Position numbers and translations under genes: made by a program. Shown in pieces: positions 48,447 through 60,443 of a DNA stretch of 64,000 nucleotides. How positions within the stretch are numbered: the first letter of the stretch is position 1; every line of letters begins with the position of its first letter. The stretch spans positions 930,001 to 994,000 of the forward strand of contig NW_027271164.1 of assembly GCF_040938485.1 (NCBI RefSeq). Direction: 5' to 3'. The stretch is from Diadema antillarum. Lineage: Eukaryota. The notes beneath the pieces are model-generated. The model saw only the letters and a program-made list of their open reading frames with translations, had not been told where the DNA came from and made no database searches.

Positions 48447-51400
48447 ATGGAAGCAGTGAAGCAGAATATTGAGGAGCTTCTTGAAGTTTTACAAAGGTAC
48501 GTGTAACAAAAGGAATGCAATCGTAATATTTATACAGCCAAACATCTCCATGACCATATACTGACACTGCCCCACTGCACTGGTCATGGTGGTAAAGCCG
48601 TGATGTGAGAGAAGAGCCATCAAAACTTTTTTTTTTCTTTTTAAACTGAGTAGCAGTAGCAGTAGGCCTACAAATTGTAACCGCACCAGCAACGCGACCC
48701 CAACACGTACCAAGTTGGGTTACTATCTATGTTACAGCGCCCCGCGAAGGGGTTACAGTACTCAGTACTAGTCACATAGGCCTAAATGTGTCTAGTAAAC
48801 TACAGTGTATGACTAGATCTAGATCTAACCGCAGCAGCGACCCCATACGGACAAATACGTATCGTAAAGGGTTACAGCGCCCCGCGACGGGGTTAGGCTA
48901 GATCTAGACTAGAGTCTATGTCTATGACCAAGCGTTGTGGGACCGGATGCGTATTGTAAGTGCGTCTGTAATGAAAATGATGCACCCAGGTCCCCAGGAA
49001 TAAAACCAACCCTGACATCGGCACCCTGCATATCATGGCTGTGTGTTTGTAAGGTTTTTCACGCGCGAACGTAAAGTGTCCGGAAACATAACCCCCCATC
49101 ATACAGAACTGAAGAAGATCTAAACAAAACTACAGTACTAGCTAGCAGAATGTCCCTAGTATGACCAAGCGTTGTGGGACCGGACACAGTGGCGGATCCA
49201 GGGAGGACCGCAACTGGCGCACGCCCCCCTTTATTTTTTGTTGAAACAAAAGAAATAAAAAGAAAAAAATGGGGGAGGGGTGCGTGCGCCCCCCTTAAAC
49301 GCACCCCCTCTTTACGGAATTCCTGGATCCGCCCCTGGGACAGGTTGTGCTTGTGGGACTGGACGCGAATTGTAAGTTCGTCTGTAATGAAAATGACGCA
49401 CCCAGGTCCCCAGGAATAAAACCAACCCTGACATTGGCACCCTGCGTATCATGGCTGTGTGTTTGTAAGGGTTTTCACACGCGAACTTAAAGGAGACCTC
49501 CGGATGATTTTCAGATTTTTACATTTGAACAACTATAAATTGTAATATACTGAGGACAGAGTTTCAGAATTTGTGATAAATGGGATGAAGAATGAGAATA
49601 TTTTCAAAATCTAGAACAAATTGCAGTGAACAAGGATGATGACATGGTAGAGTCACCATCTGGCATAAGAATGTATGAGTTGGGGCTCAAGGAAGCACAA
49701 CAAAAGAAGAAGGCATGCATACTTGTAGAATTATACTCAGGTGATCTCACAAGCAAGTGGTATTGCAATGGAATTACACTGAGATCTATATTTCTGAAAT
49801 ATTGTGAACCTCCTATGTCATCATCCTTGTTCAGTGTAATTTGTTTAAGGATTTTCGAAGTATTGTTTCTCTGCTCAAGAACCACAATAAATTCCACTAT
49901 TTAAATCTATACATGGAGTTGTCGATTTATGTACTACATACTACATGATGTGAAATTATGAAAATCATCTGGAGTATCCCTTTAAGTGTCCGGAAACACA
50001 ACCCCCCATCATACATTGATAATTAGACAACTCTACCATTACTGCCCTCACTAGAATTATATTGCCTTTTTGTGTTTAATTTGGACAATAAATTTACAAT
50101 ACTATTTCAGGCAATAAATGTTGTAACCTCCTCAAGACCAATCCATATTACTGGTAATTTGATTATCTACCCGAATGTAAGTTTGTAACAGTCTGAAACA
50201 GATGTCTACCGGTACGAGGTGAAGCAGAGTATGTTTCAGACGTATTAAGAAGCTTATTTGCATCAGATTTAACACAAAGAAGTGAGCCAACTCAAAATGC
50301 AAGGAAGCCACTAATGCACTATTTCTTTGTCGCTATAAAAATTCAGTGACAAGTAAATATTATCCCAATTTCACCAGCAACCTATTAATACATCACTCAG
50401 CATTTGAAGTATTGTCAGCTGTTCAAGTCTTTGCTCATGTTATATTTCTATCTCAGATTCAAGGAAAGGGTTGACACTGATGTCCAGGAATTTGGCAACT
50501 ACAAACTGACACCTACTTGTGTGTGTGATACGAGAATAGCTGAACTCTTGCCACCGGCAGAGCAAAAGAAGCGCATCATATTGGTCCAAAACAGTGAAAG
50601 ACAGGTACAAATTGGGTATTTTCCTGTTTTGTATCAATTTTGCCCAGTGTGTACCATTTATTATAAACTACAAATGTACCATACATGCAATGTACATTGT
50701 ATGTCATTTGCTGTGCATACATTTGTACTGATGCAGAGTGTACATGGCGTACATCATCTAGATCATGCATTTTATATGGTATGCCCATCATGAAATGTAG
50801 TTTTTTTTTTCCCTAGACTATCATTCTCATGGGTATGAGAGTTTTATGGATCTTTTTGTTTTAAATTATGGCAAGTGTACTGACATATCTAGAGACTCAT
50901 TTGCATACGAATGTCAGGATTCATATTGTATAATTCTTTGAACAAGTGTACTTTTGTGGGCATTGTATTACTGGTATGTGTCATGAGGCAAGTATCTTTT
51001 GACACTCCCGTCCATCAATACAAATTTGCAAGTATAAAATGTGGGGAAAGGGTTGGGGCGTGGGAGAGAGTGGTTTGGAAGACAATGTTGCTGTTGGTTG
51101 AATTCATAATCAAGACCGAAAGGGATGGAATGAGAATTAGATATTACGTGCCCATTTCTATTGGAAAAGTTTGTGATTTCCTACCCGGGAGATGATATAC
51201 TGTATATATTTTCAAGTTATTGATATCTCAAATATCGGCTGACTCCCAAAGTCTTAAATATAACACAATGCAATATGCCAAGTATAAATACAGTATACTG
51301 ATCACTATCACTTCAAGCAATCCACAATCCAAAGGAAAGTGTTTGAAAGTGAAATGGTAGGCATCAACTGATGTTTTTGGTCGAAAGAGAGTCTATCCAG

Positions 51401-54150
51401 CTTTGTGCGGTATGTAAACAACCAAAATTATTACAGATAATATTCCTCTTTTTACCTTTTTACCCTTATTTGCCAGCTGTGAGCTAGAAAAACACAAAAC
51501 TGAAGGAAAATAGGCTCTCTTTTTTTAAGGTAAATATCAATTAACTTATGAAATCTAAACAAACCTTGAAGCAAACAGAAAGAAGTAATGCTTCTGAATG
51601 CCTTGAGAAACTAATGCTAAATTATTCAACTTGACCATGAGTAAAAGACATGCCCAAAGCACATTGACCCAAGTTTCAGTATGTACTAGCCTCCAAAGGT
51701 AGCAATGTACATAATGTACACATCATGTCTTCCCGCTGTGCTTCTCATGCATTTTAAGGTTGACGAATGTGATTCATCATACCACAATGGGGACACATCA
51801 AGGGATTCAGAGCTAGACATCACTCCAGAGAGAGAAGACACCAGTGGATTTGAGAGTCAGCTCCAGGACACAAGTCTGCTTGCTGTTGAGGATGCAAGGT
51901 ATTTCACATCATACATTATGAATACAAAGTGTTATGCAGTATCGTATCAGATGTGCGGAAATGTTTGCTCTTGCGATTACATAGCCATTAGTGCCATGTG
52001 ACATGGTTCACATTTTTCTTTTTATTAGATCAACATGCCATTATCATATTTGATATTATGTATTTTTTAGAATCCGATGATGATCTGAAGTGGAAGTGAA
52101 TGAAATGAAATGAAGTGACCAAAGAAATAGTCTTGCAGAGGCAATTTTGTTGCTGGCATTTGCATCTACATGGTTTTATGTATTTGAGAGGCCCTTTATG
52201 GTCATTATCAAAAGTAAATACTATCCATCTCAAACACACTTCCAAAATTTCTTGTCCTCTGTGTAGAGTGTAGCATTTACAAGACAATTTGAGAGGAAAA
52301 AAAATCACATGAACTGTTGCTGTTTAACTGATAGTTATATGTAAAAGGTTCTCTTATCTTTGGTTCCCAGAATTCTCATATACTAGATGGCATGTTATCT
52401 TGCTTGAAAATTGATCAGCTTTATTGATGGTTATGAAATCAGTGTTGACTTTTATGCTGGATCAGTCATTATGGAATGCCTTTCATTCAGTGTGCTCTGT
52501 TGTGCAGATTCTGGTGCAAATTTGTCATATCATTTCCTGGTCTCCCACCTTGTCCACAGAGACATCCTGTCCATGTACTCCCTGATCCACAGTCCAAGCA
52601 TGCGTGAGAACAATGGGGGAGTCCAGAGGACGCCCCTGTTGCCAATTTGGATCCAGTGCGACAGTCGGGATCCAGAGAGGACTGCGCTGCTTGGTTGTGA
52701 GGTCGTCCAGGGGTCAAGCCAAGATGAGTGCCAGCTGGTTGTGACGACGGTGACCAGTGAAGGTGTGGATCCAAAAGCGTGATTCAAACACTCTCCTCAG
52801 TCATTCAGAGTTCTGGTTTAACGTTGCTAGAGTAAAGTCATGTGCAATTTGAAAGATGATTTGCAAACTTGCTTGTAGAAGACTGACATCTAGTATAAAT
52901 CCTCTGATGTGTGCATGCTGAAACATGTAATATACATTATAAGGAAACTTTTAATATCATTTTGGTTCATAAAAAAAAGTAGCCATTGAAGATGGCAAGT
53001 TCAAATAAATGCTGATAGTTGCCAATTTACAACAACAGAAGAAAAAAGAGGAGACTGGCTTTTGTACTTATACTTGTGCTTTTAATATGGCAAGATTGTT
53101 TTTTGATCCTGACAACCCAGAATTGTAATCATGACAACCCAGTATAGACTCATTTGTTTGTTTGATGGAAAACAGGTCCCATTCAGAGCAAGTCAGATAT
53201 TCCAAGTCTCCAGGAAATTCTCCTTCGTGGACATGGTGATACCTCATCAAAGGTACAGTACATTGTCATTCTGGATTCACCCTTCACATCATGCACAGAC
53301 CAGTGACAGAAGCCATATCCAGAGAGAGAATAGTGTGATTAACTTTTGTTATGCCCCGCATTTGAAGATGCTGGAGGGGTGATGTGACAACTCGTCAGGT
53401 TTGATAAACAAAGTATCAGACAGACTGTGTATCTGAGGTCCCTCTAGAGATTTTCACCTTTAATGGGAGAATTAGATTGCTTATAGAGACATAGGGTAAC
53501 ATTTTGTCAGTTTAGAAACAGAAGGACATTAGTGCAAAGCCGCACAATGTCCAACTCGACCTCAATAGTGTTCAATCAAACAAATAGAATGGAAGAAGTT
53601 ACATTGAAAATGGACGTGAAATATAAAAAGAAGTTATGGGACTTTTGCATGTTCTCATGGAGCAATCATATTAGTCATTACCACATTATGCATATTCAAT
53701 GAGGTGTTGTCAAAACCTTATTAGGCTCCAATTGACCTGAACACGTATCCGTTATCATCACTGAATTGCACATTATTTACATCCTTCTTGTTCATAATCG
53801 ATGCTCTGTCTTCTAGTTTTGAAATAAAAGATACAGATGAACCTCCTTTGCAATCTACGTCATAAACATGGTTTAATAGAGTGATACCGATTATAGAGGA
53901 ATCATTTGTGATCTGTGTGTGGAGGAGCTTTGCAAAGATGATGGCAATGGCTTTAGTGACGTAGATATGGTACGCTTTTCACTCACAGAACATGATAACC
54001 CAAGCTTTTGCCCAGTATGAAGTCATCAGTCCATTGTGTGCAGACACCTCCCTGAGTGAGACTCATGCATCATCCTTTGTCGCGGTTGAATGCACCTGGA
54101 GTAACGTCAAGAAGACTATGCAGAGTCCCATAGATGCCTCGTGTAAAGTG
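48447..54150 (+). CDS. ZWILCH: Kinetochore RZZ-complex subunit Zwilch, N-terminal 260 codons; exons 48447-48496, 50457-50604, 51759-51898, 52560-52762, 53176-53252, 53989-54150; gene probably continues beyond the window
   Basis: Exon phases are consistent. ARDILSMYSLIHSPSM, LPIWIQCDSRDPERTALLGCEV and TQAFAQYEV..VAVECTWS match recalled human [39 protein letters not shown] and SKGFAQYEL..IALDISWS. Confidence 0.88.
49187..49337. mobile_element. hAT-like MITE with 5-bp TSD GGACA
   Basis: TIR CAGTGGCGGATCCAG / CTGGATCCGCCCCTG; GGACA at 49182-49186 and 49338-49342. Confidence 0.75.
49487..49985. mobile_element. TTAA-flanked MITE (Kolobok-like) in Zwilch intron 1
   Basis: TTAAAGGAGACCTCCGGATGATTTT versus the reverse complement of the end, TTAAAGGGATACTCCAGATGATTTT. 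An uninterrupted paralogous site lies at ~49060-49085. Confidence 0.85.
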
Positions 54151-54365
54151 GTGAGTATTAAGTGATCTATCCAATGCTGCACACTGGCACCAGTCCAACA
54201 GTCCCCAACCAGTAAAAATCACTGTTGGACCATTAACTCTTTCAGGAACGGACCAGTAAAAAATTGAAAAAAAAATGGGTACCTATTGGTCTGACAGACA
54301 GATCAGATCAATAGAAAAAAAAAGGGGGGGTAGTATACAGCTCTGATTTATCCATGTGTTACATA

Positions 54366-56365
54366 TGTCACCGACGGGACAAATAGGCGTCCACTCGGTA
54401 TTTAAGTAAATACAAAAGAAATATAAATATCAAAGTGGGAGAGCAATTTTCTAAATCTGTTGTTCAAATAAGAAGACTGGGGGAGAAAGAACGACGCATT
54501 ATTAGCAATTCTTTTAAATTGAATAATGAATTTATTTATTCATTTATTTTTTAGATCTGAATAACAATTACAAAACAATACATTTTTTTGGAATACAAGA
54601 ATACAAAGAATGAAATTAAAATTTAAACCTAAAACAACGCAACACTGTGTTCAAGGTGAAGAGCTAAACCATAAGAGCTACACCATCTTCATCGTGATCC
54701 ACTCAGGCTGTGCACACCAGAAGAAAGAAAATGATTCAACAATAGTTTAGCGAATATCTCATCACATTAAAAGAGACAGATCCACGTGATAATAACAACG
54801 AAAATAACAACTATTCTGTTAATAATAATGGCAGCAATTGTAATAAGAAGAATACACGATAAGATAATCATGATAATGAGAGAGGAAATAAGAAGATGAA
54901 GTAAAAAAAGAGAAGAAGAAGTAGAAGAAGACGTAGAAGGAAAAGAGGGAGAAGAAGATAGCGATGAAGTAAAATAATACTTTCCCTTATTTTAACAAAG
55001 GAAATCAATAATAATATGGATGACATTAATTGTTACAATGAAACACATTATGGCACAACTGGTATTACTTCTACGAATACATTCATACAAAAATCATTAT
55101 TGACCTGCATGAAACACATTTTCATTTGAACTCTAGAAACCAAGCTTTAAATATTATCTTCACTATTCAAAACCTAACGTAATAGTGTGTCGATAATAAG
55201 GTACATCTAACAAGAAATGAGGAAATACACCAATGAAAGCAAAGACCTGCAAAACCTCTCACATCAGGTGGCAAATTATTGGCGACCTATCCAAAACAAG
55301 GGTACAAATATTCATAAAAACATATTGGATATAAGCCTCGCCAACGTAGTATTGTATTAAAAATATTTACAATTTACAAAGGTTATAATTACCGTTAAAA
55401 CAGGAGACAGACAACAAAGTCCTGACAAACTCCGTGATGGAGAGAGTATGCCTCAGCCACCTGCAAAACATATCCATTTCATCATTACTCACTGTCAAGT
55501 AGATGACATGTAAATAATGCAATGTAAACAGAAGGAATTTCATTACACAGCATATGCTAATTAGATCATTGTTAACATAATAATAACAGTATTGTTGACG
55601 TCATAATGGCCACTATTTCGTCATATTCCCATCCAGGGTAGCAAGCAGGGGTACGCGCGTGCACCTACAAGGATGCGCGGATCAAGAAAGCGCTACCCCG
55701 CGCGTGCCCCAAAAGTAATCCACATAGCGCATTTGAACACCGGCACACCGCACACGAAAATGGCAAAATCCACAAATTTCTTATTCTTTATGTTAGATAA
55801 ATCTATATTTACAACAATTCAATCCTTCGCATTGACAATGCAACATCAAATAAATCATATCATCAGAGAGGCAGGAAAGATTTGAACAAGATGCACTTAC
55901 TCAAAGAATGTCAACGAAATTCTTTATCTTAAATTAAATGACACACATTTAGCCTTGTAAATGAATTCATTACGGCTAGAATTCGACAAAATGTAATCTA
56001 TCAATATTCAATGACTCTCCTTTACTTCAGCATCCGAGTGCCTAATAAATTTCAATAAAATTACTTCAAATAACTCTGTAAATAATCAATATTTGCATAC
56101 ATTGTCACACAATGAATAAAATGATATTTCTTGTCAAACTTACCGATATTAACTGGTGTTAAATGTGGATAAATTATCCACAAAACAAGTGAGAGTGCGG
56201 GGTGTCCGGTAACGTTGGACTCGGATCAGCTCAGTGGATCAAAGCGTTCTTTTGTTATGATTTCTTCTATGACAACAAACAATTGCGCATGCGCATTAAC
56301 AAAAATACACAGAAATAAGCAATAGTAAAGGGGGCATACGTGTTGAAATATTTTGTATCATAACA
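54366..56365 (-). repeat. 3' LTR (2000 bp)
   Basis: Direct repeat of 61574-63573; preceded on the minus strand by the short purine-rich tract GCGCGGGTGAG. Confidence 0.97.
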
Positions 56366-56465
56366 CTCACCCGCGCTTTAAAATTATTGTTGTCCTCAAC
56401 AATAAGTAAAATTAGACCAATATGAATTAGATGAACAAAGTTATTACATTAATGTGACAAACATA

Positions 56466-59400
56466 CTAGCCTGCATTAGACACTGAGGTGGAGTGCTCGC
56501 TTCCATAGCGTTGTGGTTTCCTCCTCGTTCTTGTTGAGCCTCGACATTTTTCTAAAGTCTGCGCCGCTTCCTCGACCACAAGTTCCTCTTCCTCGTCATC
56601 ACTTGAGAACGTGCAGGCAGTAAGTAGATTTCGATGGACCGTTTTGCAATTGCCTTCGTCGTTACGTATGACATAAACGTCCTGTTGTGGCATTCTACTT
56701 TCTACAGTCCATGGAGTTGCCAGCCACCTGTCTGCGAGTTTCTGCCTACCAATAATGGCTTTATTGGCTAATAAAACTCTGTCGCCTTTGCAAAACGGTG
56801 CTTCTCTCGCTGCAGTGTCGTAGATCCCTTTCATTTTCTTGCGGGCAGTGTCCGCTTGTTTCTCGGCAGTGCGATAAGCTTCCCGTAGCGTGTTGTGTAG
56901 ATCGCCAACATAGGCTGATACTTCCTGGGGCTCGTCTTCATCAACATCGTCGTTTCCAGCCATGAGATCGAGAGGAATGCGAGGCTCACGCCCAAACATC
57001 AGGAAGAATGGCGAGTAACCGGTACATGAATGCCTTGTGGAATTGTAGGCATGTGTCATTGACTCCACATATTCTTTCCAGTTAGGCTTCTGTGAAGGTT
57101 CTAGTGTTCCAAGCATGTTTAGGAGAGTTCCGTTGAACCTCTCAGTCATTCCATTCCCCTGGGGATGATATGGAGTGGTTCTGCTCTTCTCCATGCCAAG
57201 GACTTCGCAAAGTTCCTTAATTACAGCTGCCTCGAAACACCTGCCCTGGTCGCTGTGAATGCGTTCTGGTATGCCATAATGTACAATGTATCTACTCCAA
57301 AGTGTCTTTGCAACAGTTGATGCCGTCTGATCCCTGGTGGGGAAGGCTTGTGCGTGTCGGGTGAAGTGATCAGTTATCACCAAGATGTTTTCTAGTCCAC
57401 CTCTTGACGACTCCACGCTTAGGAAATCAAGGCAAACCAGTTCAAGTGTTCTCGTACTCTTGATCGGCATCAGTGGGGCTCTCGATTTGCATTCCTTAGT
57501 CTTCCTGACAGTGCATCGTCGACATCGTGAGATATATTGTTGGACAACAGATTTCATACCCGGATAGAAGAATCTGTCTTGCATGAGAGCCAGTGTCCGC
57601 TCAACACCAAGGTGGCCCATATCTCGGTGTGCTCTATGCAGTGTCTTCTTCCTCATGCCCTTCGGCAGAACCAACAGCTTGCGGTCATCTGGCCTGACAT
57701 ACCATAGTACTCCCTCTTCACAAATCTCTAGACGATTCCAATGACGAACCAGCATCCTCACAGGGACCTTTTCCTCCTTCAGTTCCCGTGATTTGGGTTT
57801 GTTGCGCGTCTGAAGCAACTCAATGACGCGCTGTATAGTCGTATCTTGTCTTTGACATTGGGCGATTTCACAGAGGGACAAGCCTGGAACCACCGTTGAA
57901 GCCTCTTCCTCTGCATCACGCACTTCCATGGCATTGACTTGAACAACTTTTACTGGCGACGGGTCCTCTTCTGTGTGAGTGGTTCCTGAACAAGAGAGAT
58001 CCAGCGTCCTTCTAACATCCTCTGACGAGAGTCTTGAAAGACTGTCAGCATTATCATTCGACTTTCCTGGTCGGTACTTGATATCGAGGTTACATTGAGC
58101 CAGATCATTCACCCAGCGTTGACCGTGCGCATCGAGGTGTGCCTTTCCGAGCACATACGTTAGAGGATTATTGTCTGTCACTGCAGTCACCTTCCTACCA
58201 AGAACGTAGTCTCGAAACTTCACGGTTGCCGCCCAATGTAGCGCTTTGAATTCCAGCTTGTGTGCTGGATACCTTGCCTCTCCGGGTGATAAGCTTCTGC
58301 TGGCGTAAGCAATCACTCGCTCCTTCCCGTCCTGTTCCTGCGCTAAGACTGCTCCTAGACCAGATATGGATGCATCAGTCTGTAGAATAAGAGGCAGTTC
58401 AAAGTCAGGGTATGCAAGAATTGGAGCCGATATCAAAGTCTCCTTCAGACATTGAAACGCTTCTTGACATTGCGGGGTCCAGACATCTGCTACGGCTGAT
58501 CGTTTGCCTGGTTTCACCTTGCTTCCAACCAGAGTGAACAATGGATTAGCCTTCTTTGCATAATCTCGAATGAAGCGTCTATAGTATCCTGTAAAGCCGA
58601 GGAAACTTCTGACTTCCTTCTTCGTCTTGGGAATAGGCCAGTCTTTCACGGCTGCGATCTTTTCCGGGTCGGTAGCTACACCTTCCTCTGAAACGACATG
58701 CCCGAGGTACTTCACTTCTTTCCTTAGAAAGTGGCATTTACTTGGTTTCAGTTTTAGGCCATGCTGCCGCAACCGGGTGAAGACGTGCTCCAGTCTTTTC
58801 AAATGTTCCTCCAGAGTAGAACTAAAGATGATTACATCATCTAGGTATATCAATAACTCGCTGAGATGCATGTCACCGAATACCGTATTCATCAAACGCT
58901 GAAAAGTCGCTGGGGCGTTCATCAGTCCAAAAGGCATTCTTGTGTATTCATACAGTCCCATTGGAGTAGTAAAGGCCGTCTTCTGCCGGTCCTTTTGTGC
59001 AACTTGGACTTGGAGATATCCTGACATCAGATCAAGGCTTGTGAAGTATTTAGCTTTGTGCAGCGCATCCAGGGATTCATCGATTCTGGGGAGGGGAAAG
59101 GCATCGCGAACTGTACGGGTATTCAACTTCCTGTAATCCACACAGAGCCGAATTCTACCGTCTTTCTTCCTGACAATAACGATCGGCGATGCAAAGGGAC
59201 TTTTACTAGGTTTAATGATCCCGGCTGCTTGAAGCTCCTTCAAATGGTCCTTCACTTCACTGAAGTCAGATGGAGAAATTCGTCTGTAAGGCATACGAAA
59301 GGGGATCGGGTCAATAAGAGGGATGTCATGGACTATTGTGTCAGTACATCCAAAGTCTTCCGGGCCCTTGGAAAAGACATCTTCGTTTCTCTGCAACAGT

Positions 59401-60443
59401 TCCTCCAGTGCCTTCATTTCGGGAGGCGTCAGCTCACCAGACGGTAGGTTCAAATCAGGAATCTGTGTCTTGACTTCTTGACTGAAAATATTCACCAATA
59501 TCTCTTGAGGGGAGGCATAGTCTTCCAACTCAATTTCTTTGCCATCAGCTTCATTTTGGATCTCCGGCATTTGAGTTACAATTTCTAACTTCCCAAGTGG
59601 TGTATTTCTGTTCAAAGTCATTGTGTTTGCAGACATGTTAGACACTGTTACCGTCACCTTCTCGTTTTCGACAGGAGAGAATGTAGCATCTACTTTGATA
59701 CCGTGCGAATCATAGCCCTCGACCAGAGCCATAAAACTGCGCCCACGTGTGCACTCTGGAGTACTGGCCCTGATTTCCATGCGCTGTCCTGGATTTATTG
59801 TTAGCGGTTTCTTTCCCTCAAACCGTATATCTCCAACGTATCCAGTCTCGTCAGCAAGAGCAAGGCCATCACAGTTCAATACCTGGAACGCCAAGAAGTA
59901 GGGAGTCGACATCTCCTTTACTTTTCCCATGAAGTCCTTTCCGTACATCGTGTGAATTCTGTCACGGGATGCACGTAGAGCATTGGTGCCTAACAAGCAA
60001 GATACTTGTCCATCCTGTCCAATTCCTGGGACTACCAAAGCCGGCACTGATTTCACTTCAGTCCCGAGCATTTGAATGTCTAAAAGGATGATACCGTCAT
60101 GAGGAATGTCTTGACCTCCGGCTCCTTCTATTCTTACAGGACTTAACTGGATTTCTTGCTTCTGGAGGTGGGGGTTGCTTAAGACAAAGTCTTTTGTGAT
60201 CGTCGTTACCTGAGAACCAGTGTCTAAGATAGCCATACACGGTTGACCACAAATTATCACCGTAGTGCTGTTCACTGGTCCTATTAACGATTCACCATGG
60301 CCATGCTTCACCTCTCCTCCTTTAGGGCTGCGTTGCTCATATACTCCTACACCCACAGATCGCCCTTCATCTGCGGGTCGTCCTAGTTTGACTGCGTACG
60401 AAGGGTTGGGCAGGAGCTGGCGATGTGCCCAGGTTGTCTGCAT
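56466..60443 (-). CDS. pol: Gypsy pol polyprotein (protease, RT, RNase H, integrase), 1325 aa
   Basis: Protease LDTGSQVT; RT LCVDYRKLN and YLDDVIIF; RNase H TDASISGLGAVL and TDNNPL; integrase HHCC, LDF/SDQG/ERFN catalytic DDE, and GPY/F-like FCKGDRVLL. Confidence 0.97.
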   Translation of the reverse strand: MQTTWAHRQLLPNPSYAVKLGRPADEGRSVGVGVYEQRSPKGGEVKHGHGESLIGPVNSTTVIICGQPCMAILDTGSQVTTITKDFVLSNPHLQKQEIQLSPVRIEGAGGQDIPHDGIILLDIQMLGTEVKSVPALVVPGIGQDGQVSCLLGTNALRASRDRIHTMYGKDFMGKVKEMSTPYFLAFQVLNCDGLALADETGYVGDIRFEGKKPLTINPGQRMEIRASTPECTRGRSFMALVEGYDSHGIKVDATFSPVENEKVTVTVSNMSANTMTLNRNTPLGKLEIVTQMPEIQNEADGKEIELEDYASPQEILVNIFSQEVKTQIPDLNLPSGELTPPEMKALEELLQRNEDVFSKGPEDFGCTDTIVHDIPLIDPIPFRMPYRRISPSDFSEVKDHLKELQAAGIIKPSKSPFASPIVIVRKKDGRIRLCVDYRKLNTRTVRDAFPLPRIDESLDALHKAKYFTSLDLMSGYLQVQVAQKDRQKTAFTTPMGLYEYTRMPFGLMNAPATFQRLMNTVFGDMHLSELLIYLDDVIIFSSTLEEHLKRLEHVFTRLRQHGLKLKPSKCHFLRKEVKYLGHVVSEEGVATDPEKIAAVKDWPIPKTKKEVRSFLGFTGYYRRFIRDYAKKANPLFTLVGSKVKPGKRSAVADVWTPQCQEAFQCLKETLISAPILAYPDFELPLILQTDASISGLGAVLAQEQDGKERVIAYASRSLSPGEARYPAHKLEFKALHWAATVKFRDYVLGRKVTAVTDNNPLTYVLGKAHLDAHGQRWVNDLAQCNLDIKYRPGKSNDNADSLSRLSSEDVRRTLDLSCSGTTHTEEDPSPVKVVQVNAMEVRDAEEEASTVVPGLSLCEIAQCQRQDTTIQRVIELLQTRNKPKSRELKEEKVPVRMLVRHWNRLEICEEGVLWYVRPDDRKLLVLPKGMRKKTLHRAHRDMGHLGVERTLALMQDRFFYPGMKSVVQQYISRCRRCTVRKTKECKSRAPLMPIKSTRTLELVCLDFLSVESSRGGLENILVITDHFTRHAQAFPTRDQTASTVAKTLWSRYIVHYGIPERIHSDQGRCFEAAVIKELCEVLGMEKSRTTPYHPQGNGMTERFNGTLLNMLGTLEPSQKPNWKEYVESMTHAYNSTRHSCTGYSPFFLMFGREPRIPLDLMAGNDDVDEDEPQEVSAYVGDLHNTLREAYRTAEKQADTARKKMKGIYDTAAREAPFCKGDRVLLANKAIIGRQKLADRWLATPWTVESRMPQQDVYVIRNDEGNCKTVHRNLLTACTFSSDDEEEELVVEEAAQTLEKCRGSTRTRRKPQRYGSEHSTSVSNAG

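Noticed and set aside
54780-55000. Hydrophobic env-like ORF inside the LTR, and the 70-aa ORFs at 55673 and 62881
   Set aside because: These are short, low-complexity translations of a purine/pyrimidine-biased tract, with no signal peptide, furin site or recognisable domain.
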